64,000 nt of DNA from an uncultured Lachnospiraceae bacterium (GTDB lineage Bacteria; Bacillota; Clostridia; Lachnospirales; Lachnospiraceae). The position numbers were made by a program, and so were the translations under genes. Shown here piece by piece: positions 1-9,674 of the stretch (positions are counted from its first letter, which is position 1; the number at the start of each line of letters is the position of its first letter). The notes under the pieces were generated by a model that saw only the letters and a program-made list of their open reading frames with translations, did not search any database and had not been told where the DNA came from. The stretch lies in contig ONNQ01000008.1 in assembly GCA_900319245.1 (NCBI GenBank), positions 13,844 through 77,843 of the forward strand. The letters run 5' to 3'.

Positions 1-981
1 GTTGTCTGCAAGATATTTGAGCTTGAGCTCGTTGGGCGTTCCGATCAGGCCGTCCGTAAAGAACGGAGAAACAACCGGATCGGCCAGCTCCCAGATCTTG
101 CCCTGGGGATCCTTGAAGGCGCCGTCGCCGTAGACCATGACTTCTACGTGCTTGCCGGTTTCTGCCAGGATTTTGGCCTGGATCGCAAGTACCAGGTCCC
201 CTGCGTCTCTGGGGAAGAGCTTGACCTTATCTTCCGTGGACTTGTTGGAGCCCAGAAGGCCGTAGAGCTCGTTGCAGCCGCTGCCGTTCACGGGTGCGTT
301 CATGATCTCGTCCAGGCTGCAGACGACCTTGGCGCCGCCCGCGAGGAGGATCCTCTTGGTGCGCTTTCTGGTGTGGATGTCGCAGTTGAGGATGTGATCT
401 GCATATTCCAGAATGGCCTTGGGCTGGTTGGCGAAGATGATCTCGCACTCCGCGCCGCAGGACTCAATCAGGTTTCCGTAATACTCCACGTAGTCAACGC
501 CGGTGAACTCGTGCTTGTTGACGCCGAAGAGCTCTCTGTATTTGGCCAATGTCAAAACATCGCTGTAGGGGTTGACGCCCGCCTCGTCGATCATGTCGAG
601 GCTGACCAGCTCGTTGCCGACCTCGTCAGAAGGGTAGCTGAGCATCAGAACGACCTTCTTGGCGCCCATCGCGATGCCGCGCAGGCAGATGGCGAATCTG
701 TTTCTGGACAGGATCGGGAAGATCACGCCGATCGTGCCGCCGCCGAGCTTGGTCTTGACGTCTGCCGCAATGTCCTCGACGGAGCAATAGTTGCCCTGTG
801 CTCTTGCGACGATGGACTCCGTCACGGCGATGACGTCGCGGTCGCGAAGCTCGAATCCTTCGCTCTCTGCTGCCTTAAGTACACTATCAGTAACAATTGC
901 GGCAAGATCATCGCCTTCTCTGATAATGGGGCAGCGAATCCCCCTTGCAACTGTGCCAACTCTGCGCTCTGATTTGCTCAT
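1..981 (-). CDS. Coenzyme F420-0:L-glutamate ligase (CofE-like) family protein, 3' end runs off window
   Basis: Not in the ORF track (no stop in window). Manual translation from ATG at 981 with AAGGAG RBS: MSKSERRVGTVARGIRCPIIREGDDL...DVIAVTESVVARAQGN...VMVYGDGAFKDP..IWELADPVVSP, typical of the clostridial CofE-like family. Confidence 0.8.
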   Translation of the reverse strand, partial: MSKSERRVGTVARGIRCPIIREGDDLAAIVTDSVLKAAESEGFELRDRDVIAVTESIVARAQGNYCSVEDIAADVKTKLGGGTIGVIFPILSRNRFAICLRGIAMGAKKVVLMLSYPSDEVGNELVSLDMIDEAGVNPYSDVLTLAKYRELFGVNKHEFTGVDYVEYYGNLIESCGAECEIIFANQPKAILEYADHILNCDIHTRKRTKRILLAGGAKVVCSLDEIMNAPVNGSGCNELYGLLGSNKSTEDKVKLFPRDAGDLVLAIQAKILAETGKHVEVMVYGDGAFKDPQGKIWELADPVVSPFFTDGLIGTPNELKLKYLADN

Positions 982-1148
982 TTGTATTCTTCTCCTTAAT
1001 AAAAACAATCTATGGGAATTGGCTTTATTCCCTAAAATCCCATTCAATTATAAAGGCTTAACTTTCAATCTGCAAGGTGTTGTGATCAGATGGTGACCCT
1101 GTGATCCGCGCGTCATTAAAAAAAGTCAAAATTATTTGCAAAAAGCCC

Positions 1149-1177
1149 TTGCAATTCTAAAGGCAACCATATATAAT
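1149..1177 (+). promoter_or_regulatory. Sigma-A promoter of tRNA-Pro
   Basis: TTGCAA-17 bp-TATAAT with A-rich upstream tract. Confidence 0.75.
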
Positions 1178-1218
1178 AGCATTTGCCTGTTGAAGAGCAG
1201 GTACTTCAAATTGAAGAT

Positions 1219-1292
1219 CGGGGTGTAGCGCAGCTGGCTAGCGCACTTCGTTAGGGACGAAGGGGTCGTGGGTTCGAATCCCGTCACTCCGA
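1219..1292 (+). tRNA. tRNA-Pro, anticodon AGG (A34); CCA not encoded
   Basis: Cloverleaf CGGGGTG...CACTCCG-A (C1-G72, A73), anticodon arm CTTCG-TTAGGGA-CGAAG, T-loop TTCGAAT. Confidence 0.93.
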
Positions 1293-1297
1293 TTGGT

Positions 1298-1332
1298 GAA
1301 GACCGTAAACGTTATGTTTACGGTCTTTTTTG
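1298..1332 (+). terminator. Intrinsic terminator after tRNA-Pro
   Basis: AAGACCGTAAAC-gttat-GTTTACGGTCTT followed by T run. Confidence 0.8.
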
Positions 1333-1441
1333 TGTTCTTTACGCAAAATCCTTGTTACAATGAGAGAAAGGCGCCGGCACATGGGAATCTGCTCCATCAT
1401 TTCCGCCGGCCAACACAATACGTATCAATTTGGAGACAATC

Positions 1442-2560
1442 ATGAGCGACATTTCAACTTTAATGGATTCCGTATATGATCTTTATGAGAAATCCGTCCA
1501 CGTCCTGGAGGACGACCAAAAGCTCCCCCCCAGAGACGTCATGGAAGAAGTCTGTCAGACCCTCCTCAACGTCAGCTGCCTGCGCGAAGAGGGCCGCTTT
1601 CCCACCTTCCGGGTATGCTTCATTAAGCCGGACTCGGAGCTTCTGGACACATATATCTACTCGCACGCTCTTCTCTTCAAGGAGCCCATCCTCTTCACTA
1701 CCCGCGAACTGCACAAACTTGCGCCGGCGCTGAACGCCAACATGAGCTATCTCATGCTGGACGTCACGGAGCGCCCCTTCAAGGCGATCGGCATCATCGC
1801 TTCCTACACAGCATGGCAAAAGATTGTCACCAGAGAACTGGCATCCGGCAATCGCATGCCCCGTGTTCCCAACGTTCTGGTTGCCGGGCCCGGTGAACTC
1901 AAGCTATGTTTTGGCGAGACGTCGATTGTCAACTACAGTGCCGGGCGCTGCGTATTCTATCGCACCGATGTCTTCACCTCGACGCCGATCGCGGATGCGC
2001 TGCGCAAGGACTCTGCCATTTCTGAAAAAGAGCGGCTCCAGCTCCTCTACAGAGTCCTCTGGGAGGTCGGCTTCTTTGCACATGGCGCGACGATCCTGAT
2101 CGTCCCGGACGCCGAATCCTGCGAAGAATTCATTGACATCAAATATGAGCTTCCCAGCCGCTTCCGGTTCGGCGACGAATACGATATTGATAAAACGTCA
2201 GGCGCCCACCACGAAAAAGAGCTCGTCACCTATGCGGATATGATCGCCAAGCTGACCTCCGTCGATGGCGCCGTCGTCCTCACCAAGGACCTGGATCTGC
2301 TGGGTTTTGGCGCCGAAGTACTGATGGAAAAGATGGGCTCCCGGCACCCCAGGATGAAGTTTATCGGATACGATGATCAGGAGCAGACCTACAAGACCTT
2401 CCAGGACAACGGCATGCGCCACAGGGCCGGCTACCGCTTCTGCAGCTCGGTGAAAGACAGCGTCGCCTTCGTCGTCTCCCAGGACGGCACGATCGAGGCC
2501 TGCACCAAACACGACGGCAAGGTACTCGTCTACGACAACGTCTCGCTGCCCATGATCTGA
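1442..2560 (+). CDS. DACNV-type sensor domain plus DisA_N/DAC (diadenylate cyclase fold) protein
   Basis: C-terminal DAC motifs [29 protein letters not shown]; N-terminal [13 protein letters not shown] segment resembles DACNV proteins; GGAG RBS before ATG 1442. Confidence 0.72.
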   Translation: MSDISTLMDSVYDLYEKSVHVLEDDQKLPPRDVMEEVCQTLLNVSCLREEGRFPTFRVCFIKPDSELLDTYIYSHALLFKEPILFTTRELHKLAPALNANMSYLMLDVTERPFKAIGIIASYTAWQKIVTRELASGNRMPRVPNVLVAGPGELKLCFGETSIVNYSAGRCVFYRTDVFTSTPIADALRKDSAISEKERLQLLYRVLWEVGFFAHGATILIVPDAESCEEFIDIKYELPSRFRFGDEYDIDKTSGAHHEKELVTYADMIAKLTSVDGAVVLTKDLDLLGFGAEVLMEKMGSRHPRMKFIGYDDQEQTYKTFQDNGMRHRAGYRFCSSVKDSVAFVVSQDGTIEACTKHDGKVLVYDNVSLPMI

Positions 2561-2583
2561 ATATTGCTTTAGGAGATGCCACA

Positions 2584-3927
2584 ATGATCTACATGGACTT
2601 CCAAGCGGAATATAACCGCAAGAAAAGAACACCCGAAGAAGCCGTTCAAGTCGTAAAGAGCGGCGACTGGGTGGACTACACCTCCAATGTCGGCTTTCCC
2701 TATCTTCTGGACAAGGCGCTTGCTGACCGCAAGGATGAATTGAGTGATGTAAAGATTCGGGGGAATCTGTGTTTTGGCCCCATTGAGGCGGTGGAGTGCG
2801 ATCCGGAAAGGGAGCACTTCATCTACAATTCCTGGCACTGCAGCGCTTACGAGCGGAAGCTGTGCGACCGAGGGCTCTGCAACTACATTCCCATGATCTT
2901 CCACCTGCTCGTCCCCTACTATCGGCACTTTCTGACCGTCAATGTCGCGATGTGTTCGGTCACGCCGATGGACAAGCACGGGTACTTCAACCTGTCCTGT
3001 TCGACCGGCTGTGCCAAGGGCATTCTGGAGCAGGCGGACGTCGTTATTCTGGAGGTCAACGAGCGGCTGCCGCGGATCTTGGGCGGATTTGACGAGAGTA
3101 TCCACATATCCGAGGTCGACTATATCGTCGAGGGCGAGCATCCGCCGCTGCCGGAGTTTCCCATTGAGAAGCCCACCGAGGAGGACATTCGGATCGCGAC
3201 CCACATCATTCCTTATATCCGCAACGGCGCTACGCTGCAGCTGGGAATCGGCGCCATGCCCAATGTCATCGGCTCCATGCTGTCGCTGACAGACATCGAG
3301 GATCTGGGCATGCACACGGAACTGTGCGGCGACGCCTATTACGAGCTCTACAAGGCAGGCAAGCTGACCAACCGCAAGAAGACCTTCCAGCGCGGCAAAG
3401 GAGTGACCGGCATCGTATTTGGCTCGCAGAAGCTTTACGACTGGGTCGACATGAATCCCGGCGTGATCATCGAGCCCCTTGAATTTGTCAACGATCCGGG
3501 CACCATCGCCCAGATTGACAACATGGTCTCGATCAACAGCTGCATCGCTGTGGATCTGTACGGACAGATCTGCGCGGAGAGCGTCGGCCTTCGCCAGATC
3601 AGCGGAACCGGCGGCCAGCTGGACTATGTGACCGGCGCGGCTATGGCCCGCGGCGGCAAAGCATTCATCTGCATGCCATCTTTCTTCACCGACAAAAAGG
3701 GCGTTCGCCACTCCAACATCGTGCCCCACTTCGAGGGCGACATCGTGACGGATCCTCGCAGCCAGGCCTACTACATCGTCACAGAACAAGGCGTTGTCAA
3801 TCTGGTCGGCCGCACAACTTGGGAGCGGGCAGAGCTGCTCATTTCAATCGCACATCCCGATTTCCGTGACTCGCTTATTGCGGCTGCGGACAAGCAGAAA
3901 ATCTGGAGGCGGTCCAACAAGCGGTGA
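2584..3927 (+). CDS. but: Butyryl-CoA:acetate CoA-transferase (acetyl-CoA hydrolase/transferase family)
   Basis: [51 protein letters not shown] and C-terminal IWRRSNKR; 447 aa. Confidence 0.85.
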   Translation: MIYMDFQAEYNRKKRTPEEAVQVVKSGDWVDYTSNVGFPYLLDKALADRKDELSDVKIRGNLCFGPIEAVECDPEREHFIYNSWHCSAYERKLCDRGLCNYIPMIFHLLVPYYRHFLTVNVAMCSVTPMDKHGYFNLSCSTGCAKGILEQADVVILEVNERLPRILGGFDESIHISEVDYIVEGEHPPLPEFPIEKPTEEDIRIATHIIPYIRNGATLQLGIGAMPNVIGSMLSLTDIEDLGMHTELCGDAYYELYKAGKLTNRKKTFQRGKGVTGIVFGSQKLYDWVDMNPGVIIEPLEFVNDPGTIAQIDNMVSINSCIAVDLYGQICAESVGLRQISGTGGQLDYVTGAAMARGGKAFICMPSFFTDKKGVRHSNIVPHFEGDIVTDPRSQAYYIVTEQGVVNLVGRTTWERAELLISIAHPDFRDSLIAAADKQKIWRRSNKR

Positions 3928-4082
3928 TGGCGTGACTATTGGATTGACCATGGACGGCAGGGTGCATCTTCGTACAAGTACGAGATGCGCTTCCCGGCTG
4001 ATCGCACCAAAAAAGACTGGCGCTCCTTGATCAGAGCGTCAGCCTTTTCATTATTTTGACCTAATTCAGTTGGTATTATGAA

Positions 4083-4439
4083 TTAAGCAACTGCCTTCTT
4101 AGCAACCTCAACGAGTGCTGCGAAACCTGCTGCATCGTTGACAGCGAGCTCAGCGAGCATCTTGCGGTTGATCTCAACGCCTGCGACCTTGAGGCCGTGC
4201 ATCAGCTGGCTGTATGTGAGGCCGTTCATTCTTGCTGCTGCGTTGATACGAACGATCCAAAGGGATCTCATCTCTCTCTTCTTCTGCTTTCTGCCTGCGA
4301 ATGCGGAAGTCAGCGCGCGCATAACGGACTGCTTAGCAATTCTGTACTGCTTGGATCTGGCTCCTCTGTAGCCTTTGGCAAGCTTTAATACTCTGTTGTG
4401 TTTCTTTCTCGCATTAAGAGCGCCTTTAATTCTGGCCAT
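4083..4439 (-). CDS. rplT: 50S ribosomal protein L20
   Basis: [34 protein letters not shown]. Confidence 0.99.
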   Translation of the reverse strand: MARIKGALNARKKHNRVLKLAKGYRGARSKQYRIAKQSVMRALTSAFAGRKQKKREMRSLWIVRINAAARMNGLTYSQLMHGLKVAGVEINRKMLAELAVNDAAGFAALVEVAKKAVA

Positions 4440-4555
4440 TTTATCTATCCTCCATTATATGTCATGCACAATCTCATAATTACATTGTGCGTTGCTTCTA
4501 TTTCTGATACCGATCGGATATAAATCTGATCTTGCTGATCCTACGCCGCCTCTAA

Positions 4556-4753
4556 TTAGAGATAAGGCATGATCTTCTTCATTGTCTTAACGTTGGTAGC
4601 GTCTGCCAGAATAGGCTTTCTGAGGCTTCTCTTCCTCTTTGTGGTCTTCTTGGTCAGGATGTGGCGCTTGTTGGCTTTGAATCTCATCAGTTTGCCTGTG
4701 CCTGTCATTTTGAAGCGCTTTGCAGCTGCTCTCTTAGTTTTCATCTTGGGCAT
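4556..4753 (-). CDS. rpmI: 50S ribosomal protein L35
   Basis: [21 protein letters not shown]; AAGGAGG RBS before ATG 4753. Confidence 0.98.
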   Translation of the reverse strand: MPKMKTKRAAAKRFKMTGTGKLMRFKANKRHILTKKTTKRKRSLRKPILADATNVKTMKKIMPYL

Positions 4754-4909
4754 TGTATTTACCTCCTTTGTGCCAAAACATGGACGAACATCCACGCTTT
4801 TCGATTGCAGTTCTGGTTCTCTGTCATCTAAGTACCTGACAGCATTTCTATTCAAACCGGCTGCGGCAAGCGGCCGCGCGGCGATCTGTTCAGGTCATTC
4901 CCCGAACGA

Positions 4910-5431
4910 TCACTGTTTCTTGCCGGCAAGAAACATAGTAAGGCTTCTTCCTTCCACCTTGGGTGCCTTGTCCACAGCTGCGCAGTCCTTGAGCGCATCC
5001 GCAAAGTCTGTGAGGATGTGCGCGCTCTGCTGCATGTGCGCCATTTCACGGCCGCGGAAACGAAGTGTTACCTTCACGCGGTCACCCTTTGTCAGGAACT
5101 TTCTAGCAGCGTTGATCTTGGTCTGCAGATCGTTTGTGTCGATATTGGGAGACATACGGATCTCCTTGATCTCGACGGTGTGCTGCTTCTTCTTGGCGTC
5201 CTTCTCTTTTCTGGTCTTCTCGTACTTGTACTTGCCGTAATCGATGATCTTGCACACCGGGGGCTTTGCACCGGGAGAAATCTTGACCAGATCAAGATCT
5301 GCCTCTTCCGCCAGTTTTCTCGCTTCTTGTGCGGACATAATGCCGAGCATCTCGCCGTCCGCGCCGATCACGCGAACTTCTCTGTCGCGAATCTGTTCAT
5401 TAATGAATAAATTGTCGTTATTGTTTCTGAT
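4910..5431 (-). CDS. infC: Translation initiation factor IF-3 (probable ATC start)
   Basis: INEQIRDREVRVI, PPVCKIIDYGKYKYE, KVTLRFRGRE; GGAGG lies 8 nt before an in-frame ATC at 5431. Confidence 0.97.
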   Translation of the reverse strand: MRNNNDNLFINEQIRDREVRVIGADGEMLGIMSAQEARKLAEEADLDLVKISPGAKPPVCKIIDYGKYKYEKTRKEKDAKKKQHTVEIKEIRMSPNIDTNDLQTKINAARKFLTKGDRVKVTLRFRGREMAHMQQSAHILTDFADALKDCAAVDKAPKVEGRSLTMFLAGKKQ

Positions 5432-5454
5432 TGCTGTACCCTCCACAACTTAAG

Positions 5455-5610
5455 ACAAAAGAAAAACAGCGGTACGCATTCGTACCGCTGTCACTAATCG
5501 CACTCGCATCCGGTCATCTTCCGCATGGCGGAACCACCGTCTGTTTCCTCGATTGGTATAAACCACAAAAGCTTGCGCCGTTGGGTGAGAGCGGTAACTC
5601 TGCTTGATTG
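5455..5610 (-). ncRNA. L20 ribosomal protein leader (attenuator)
   Basis: Minus strand AAGCAGAGTTACCGCTCTCACC... then terminator CAGCGGTACG-aatg-CGTACCGCTG-TTTTT, upstream of infC-rpmI-rplT as expected for the Firmicute L20 leader. Confidence 0.8.
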
Positions 5611-5649
5611 TACCAACTACGTGTCTTTTTCACGTACTGCATTAACATA

Positions 5650-6042
5650 TCACTCCTGCCGTCCCTTGTCAAGCGCTTTTTTTGCAGCCTGCGCCCCATC
5701 GCTGTCTGCAGCGTTGGTCTCCATAGACTGCAGGGCCTGCTCCATCTTCTCCCTCTCCTTGGGATTGGAATTAAGAAGATCGAGGCTTGCGATGCTTCCC
5801 TTGTCCGTGAACTTACCGACGCACCAGATAAAGATCCACAAAAAGATGGGCACCGCGATCGTCATTCCAAGACTAAAGCGGAACAATCTGCCGGCGCCTG
5901 CCGTTCCAATGAGCGCGCTGATAAAGGTAACAACATACATTGCCGCCAAAAGGACGATGCCCGCCACAGCCGCCACTCTCTTGGCTGTCCAGGGCGCTTT
6001 CTGCCCGGACTGCCCGGCCTTTTCTTTCTCATTCGTCCCCAT
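5650..6042 (-). CDS. Small two-TM membrane protein of unknown function
   Basis: Two hydrophobic segments; abuts the HAD gene, GGAGG RBS; its 3' end contains TTGACA-17-TATGTT, the likely infC operon promoter. Confidence 0.75.
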   Translation of the reverse strand: MGTNEKEKAGQSGQKAPWTAKRVAAVAGIVLLAAMYVVTFISALIGTAGAGRLFRFSLGMTIAVPIFLWIFIWCVGKFTDKGSIASLDLLNSNPKEREKMEQALQSMETNAADSDGAQAAKKALDKGRQE

Positions 6043-6651
6043 TTACGCTTCCTCCAATCGTCGATCCAGCTCTGCCTTCGCCTGTTCGTGGCTCTTCACC
6101 AAAATCGTATGGATGCCGAGTTTTTGGGCCGTCTCCAGATTTGCCTCCAGATCATCCAGGAATACGCACTCGGAAGGCACCAGATCATACTTGTCGATCA
6201 GGATCTGGTAGAAAGCCGGGTCCGGTTTGATGACCTGGTAGTCGCACGACAACAGACCGCCGTCCATATAGGACAGAAAGTCCATTGCGTCCTCATTATC
6301 TCTGGCCACTTTCATGGAATAATTGGACAGATACAGAACCCGGATGCCGCGCTCTTTCAGCGACTGGATCCAGGGAATCGATGTATCGAGTCTGTAGACG
6401 ATCCCATGCACATTTTCCATGCAGAGCCGGATCTCTTTTTCCAGCTCCGGCGCGTCCTTCACAAACCGCTCAATCACTTCCTCGTCTGTCAGAATCCCTC
6501 TGTCCAGTTCCTTCCAGTGCACACTCTTCACTGTGCTGTTCATGACCTGCTCGCTGACGCCCGGCGCAAAGCCGAACTGATTGAAGAAGCGGATCCTTCC
6601 CAGTCCGACCATGACGCCGCCGATGTCAAAAATCACCGTCGTAATCTTCAT
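6043..6651 (-). CDS. HAD family phosphatase
   Basis: VIFDIGGV, LSN, KPDP, VFLDD motifs. Confidence 0.9.
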   Translation of the reverse strand: MKITTVIFDIGGVMVGLGRIRFFNQFGFAPGVSEQVMNSTVKSVHWKELDRGILTDEEVIERFVKDAPELEKEIRLCMENVHGIVYRLDTSIPWIQSLKERGIRVLYLSNYSMKVARDNEDAMDFLSYMDGGLLSCDYQVIKPDPAFYQILIDKYDLVPSECVFLDDLEANLETAQKLGIHTILVKSHEQAKAELDRRLEEA

Positions 6652-6687
6652 AATCCCTATTTGCTCTCTTTATACAAGTTTGGACCC

Positions 6688-7980
6688 TTATGCAAGTTTG
6701 GACTCGCGATAGATGATATCTGTTCTTCCGGGTCCGTTCGAAACCATTGTGATCGGGTAGCCGATCTGCGCCTCGATGAACTCGATGTAGTTGCGGCAGT
6801 TCTCGGGCAGATCCTCATAGTTCTTGATGCCGCGGATATCGCACTTCCAGCCGGGAAGCGTCTTCCAGACGGGTTTTGCCTTCTTCAGAAGATGGGTCAC
6901 AGGGAACTCGGTCGTCTGCTCTCCATCGATCTCATAGGCGACGCAGACCGGGATCTCGTCGAGATAGCCAAGGACGTCCAGCACGGTAAACGCCACGTCC
7001 GTCGCGCCCTGCAGGCGGCAGCCGTATTTGGACGCCACGCAGTCATACCAGCCGACTCTTCTGGGTCTTCCGGTCGTCGCGCCGTACTCGCCGCCGTCGC
7101 CGCCTCTTCGGCGAAGCTCTTCCGCCTCGTCTCCAAAGATCTCGGACGTGAACTCGCCCGCGCCGACCGCGGAGGAGTACGCCTTGTTGACGACGACGAT
7201 CTTCTCGATCGCATAGGGCGGAAGTCCCGCGCCGATCGCGCCGTAGGCGGCCAGCGTGCTGGAGGAGGTGACCATGGGATAAATGCCGTGGTCGGGATCC
7301 TTCATGGTGCCGAGCTGGCCTTCTAATAAGATAGTCTTATCCTCTTTGATGGCCTTGGCCAGATACTCCGATACGTTTCCGACATAGGGCGCGATCATAT
7401 CGCGGTATGTAAGAAGCGTTGCAAGCAGCTCTTTCTGGTCGATCGGATCCTTGTGATAGAGATGCTGCAGAAGGATGTCTTTTTTGACACATACATCCGC
7501 AATCTTTTCCGCAAGGACTGCCTCGTCCTGGAACAGCTCGTTGACCTGGAAGCCGATCTTTGCGTATTTGTCGGAATAGAAAGGCGCGATGCCGGATTTG
7601 GTGGAACCAAATGACTTGCCGGCCAGTCTCTCCTCCTCGAGCTGATCGAAGAGAATGTGATAGGGCATCACGATCTGGCATCTGTCAGAGATCATCAGCT
7701 GCGGCGCCGGAACGCCCTTCTCGATGATGCTCTGCATCTCATGAAACAGAATCGGAATGTTGAGCGCCACGCCGTTGCCGATGATGTTCATTACATTCTG
7801 ATGAAACACGCCGGACGGAAGCGTGTGAAGCGCAAATTTTCCGTACTGATTGACGATCGTGTGACCGGCGTTCGCGCCGCCTTGAAAACGGATGACCACG
7901 TCCGCGGAATCCGCGAGCGTATCCGTGATCTTACCTTTGCCTTCATCGCCCCAGTTGGCGCCTACGACTGCTTTTACCAT
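6688..7980 (-). CDS. purA: Adenylosuccinate synthetase
   Basis: GANWGDEGKGK, QGGANAGHT, EYGATTGRPRRVGW. Confidence 0.98.
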   Translation of the reverse strand: MVKAVVGANWGDEGKGKITDTLADSADVVIRFQGGANAGHTIVNQYGKFALHTLPSGVFHQNVMNIIGNGVALNIPILFHEMQSIIEKGVPAPQLMISDRCQIVMPYHILFDQLEEERLAGKSFGSTKSGIAPFYSDKYAKIGFQVNELFQDEAVLAEKIADVCVKKDILLQHLYHKDPIDQKELLATLLTYRDMIAPYVGNVSEYLAKAIKEDKTILLEGQLGTMKDPDHGIYPMVTSSSTLAAYGAIGAGLPPYAIEKIVVVNKAYSSAVGAGEFTSEIFGDEAEELRRRGGDGGEYGATTGRPRRVGWYDCVASKYGCRLQGATDVAFTVLDVLGYLDEIPVCVAYEIDGEQTTEFPVTHLLKKAKPVWKTLPGWKCDIRGIKNYEDLPENCRNYIEFIEAQIGYPITMVSNGPGRTDIIYRESKLA

Positions 7981-8065
7981 GTTATACCTCCGTTTTTATC
8001 AATCACTTGGTCAGGCGTTGATCGCGGCCTGATCCGTCCCGGTGTTGCGCGATCTTTTGCCGCTC

Positions 8066-9499
8066 TTAGACGTTGATTTCCGCCTTCTCGCCGAGAATCT
8101 CTTTGTTGGCGTCCAGAAGGGGCTTTATCACCTCGCCGAGGAATTTGTCCACCTGGTGCGGTGCGCAGCCGATGTATCTGGCCGGCTCCATGGACTTTTT
8201 CAGTTCGTCAAGGCTCATGTGGAAAGCGGGGTCCGCCGCGATCAGTTCAAGAAGGTTGTTGTCGAGGCCCTCCTCCTTGACGCGCCTGCCGGCTTCCATG
8301 GACAGCTCGCGGATCCTCTCATGGAGCTCCTGTCTGTCGCCGCCAAGCTTGACTGCGTCCATCATAATATTCTCAGTCGCCATGAAGGGAAGCTCGGACA
8401 TGAGGCGCTTCTCGATGACCTTGGGATATACCTTGAGGCCGTCTGTGACGTTGAGGCACAGGTCGAGCACGCCGTCGATCGCAAGGAACCCTTCCGCGAC
8501 GGAAAGTCTCTTGTTGGCAGAATCGTCCAGGGTTCTCTCAAACCACTGGGTGCCCGCGGTGACCGCCGGATTGAGCACGTCGATCATGACATAGCGGGAC
8601 AGGGAGCAGATGCGCTCGCTGCGCATAGGATTTCTCTTGTAAGCCATCGCGCTGGAGCCGATCTGGCTCTTCTCGAAGGGCTCCTCCACTTCCTTGAGGT
8701 GCTGCAGAAGGCGGATATCGGTGCCCATCTTCATCGCCGCAGAAGCGACGATCCCGAGTGCGTTCAGTACGATCGTATCCACAAGTCTGGGATACGTCTG
8801 GCCGGAAACCGGCACGCAGCTGTCAAATCCCATCTTCTTCGCGATCATGGGATCCAACGCGTCCACCTTGTCGAGGTCGCCGTCGAACAGCTCCAGGAAG
8901 GAGGCCTGGGTGCCTGTCGTGCCCTTGCTGCCGAGGAGCTTGAGGCCGCCCAGCACATGCTCGACTTCGCCGAGCGCCAGATAGAATTCCTGCATCCAGA
9001 GCGTCGCTCTCTTACCCACAGTCGTGGGCTGCGCGGGCTGGAAGTGGGTAAATCCCAGCGTCGGAAGGCTCTTATATTCGTCCGCGAATTTGGCCAGCTC
9101 TGCCAAAACATTGATCAATTTCCTGCGCACAAGACGAAGCGCTTCGCGCATGATGATCACGTCGGTATTGTCTCCCACGTAGCAGCTTGTCGCGCCGAGG
9201 TGGATGATGCCCTTCGCCTTGGGGCACTGCAGTCCGTATGCATAGACATGGCTCATGACGTCGTGGCGAACGATCTTCTCACGCGCCTTCGCTTCTGCAT
9301 AGTTAATCTCTTCGGCGTGTTCCTTCAGCTCCGCGATCTGTTCCTCGGTAATCGGAAGTCCCAGCTCTTTCTCGGTCTCCGCCAGGGCGATCCACAGCTT
9401 TCTCCATGTTCTGAACTTCATGTCTGGGGAGAAAATGTACTGCATCTCCTTGCTTGCGTATCTCTCGGAAAGAGGGCTCACATATCTGTCATTTGCCAT
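8066..9499 (-). CDS. purB: Adenylosuccinate lyase
   Basis: RHDVMSH, THFQPAQPTT, GSSAMAYKRNP. Confidence 0.98.
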   Translation of the reverse strand: MANDRYVSPLSERYASKEMQYIFSPDMKFRTWRKLWIALAETEKELGLPITEEQIAELKEHAEEINYAEAKAREKIVRHDVMSHVYAYGLQCPKAKGIIHLGATSCYVGDNTDVIIMREALRLVRRKLINVLAELAKFADEYKSLPTLGFTHFQPAQPTTVGKRATLWMQEFYLALGEVEHVLGGLKLLGSKGTTGTQASFLELFDGDLDKVDALDPMIAKKMGFDSCVPVSGQTYPRLVDTIVLNALGIVASAAMKMGTDIRLLQHLKEVEEPFEKSQIGSSAMAYKRNPMRSERICSLSRYVMIDVLNPAVTAGTQWFERTLDDSANKRLSVAEGFLAIDGVLDLCLNVTDGLKVYPKVIEKRLMSELPFMATENIMMDAVKLGGDRQELHERIRELSMEAGRRVKEEGLDNNLLELIAADPAFHMSLDELKKSMEPARYIGCAPHQVDKFLGEVIKPLLDANKEILGEKAEINV

Positions 9500-9674
9500 G
9501 CTGTGTTCCTTTCTGTATTAAACACTTGTTTTATAACCGTATACAGTATAACAATATTTTTTTTAATATCAACACGCTGATTGGTAAAAGTGGGCCGCGC
9601 ATCCCAATATACGTCCAAAAAGCGCCGCAGGATGCGCGCGGTGCACCTGCCTGCATGGGCTTTCTGCGCCCCTT

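Noticed and set aside
148-972. 274-aa plus-strand ORF in the track
   Set aside because: Antisense shadow of the real minus-strand CofE-like gene, which has an RBS and family motifs.
1219-2560. Possible island integrated at tRNA-Pro
   Set aside because: No integrase and no duplicated tRNA 3' end found; the similar tRNA-Pro at 56221 is a complete gene within a tRNA operon.
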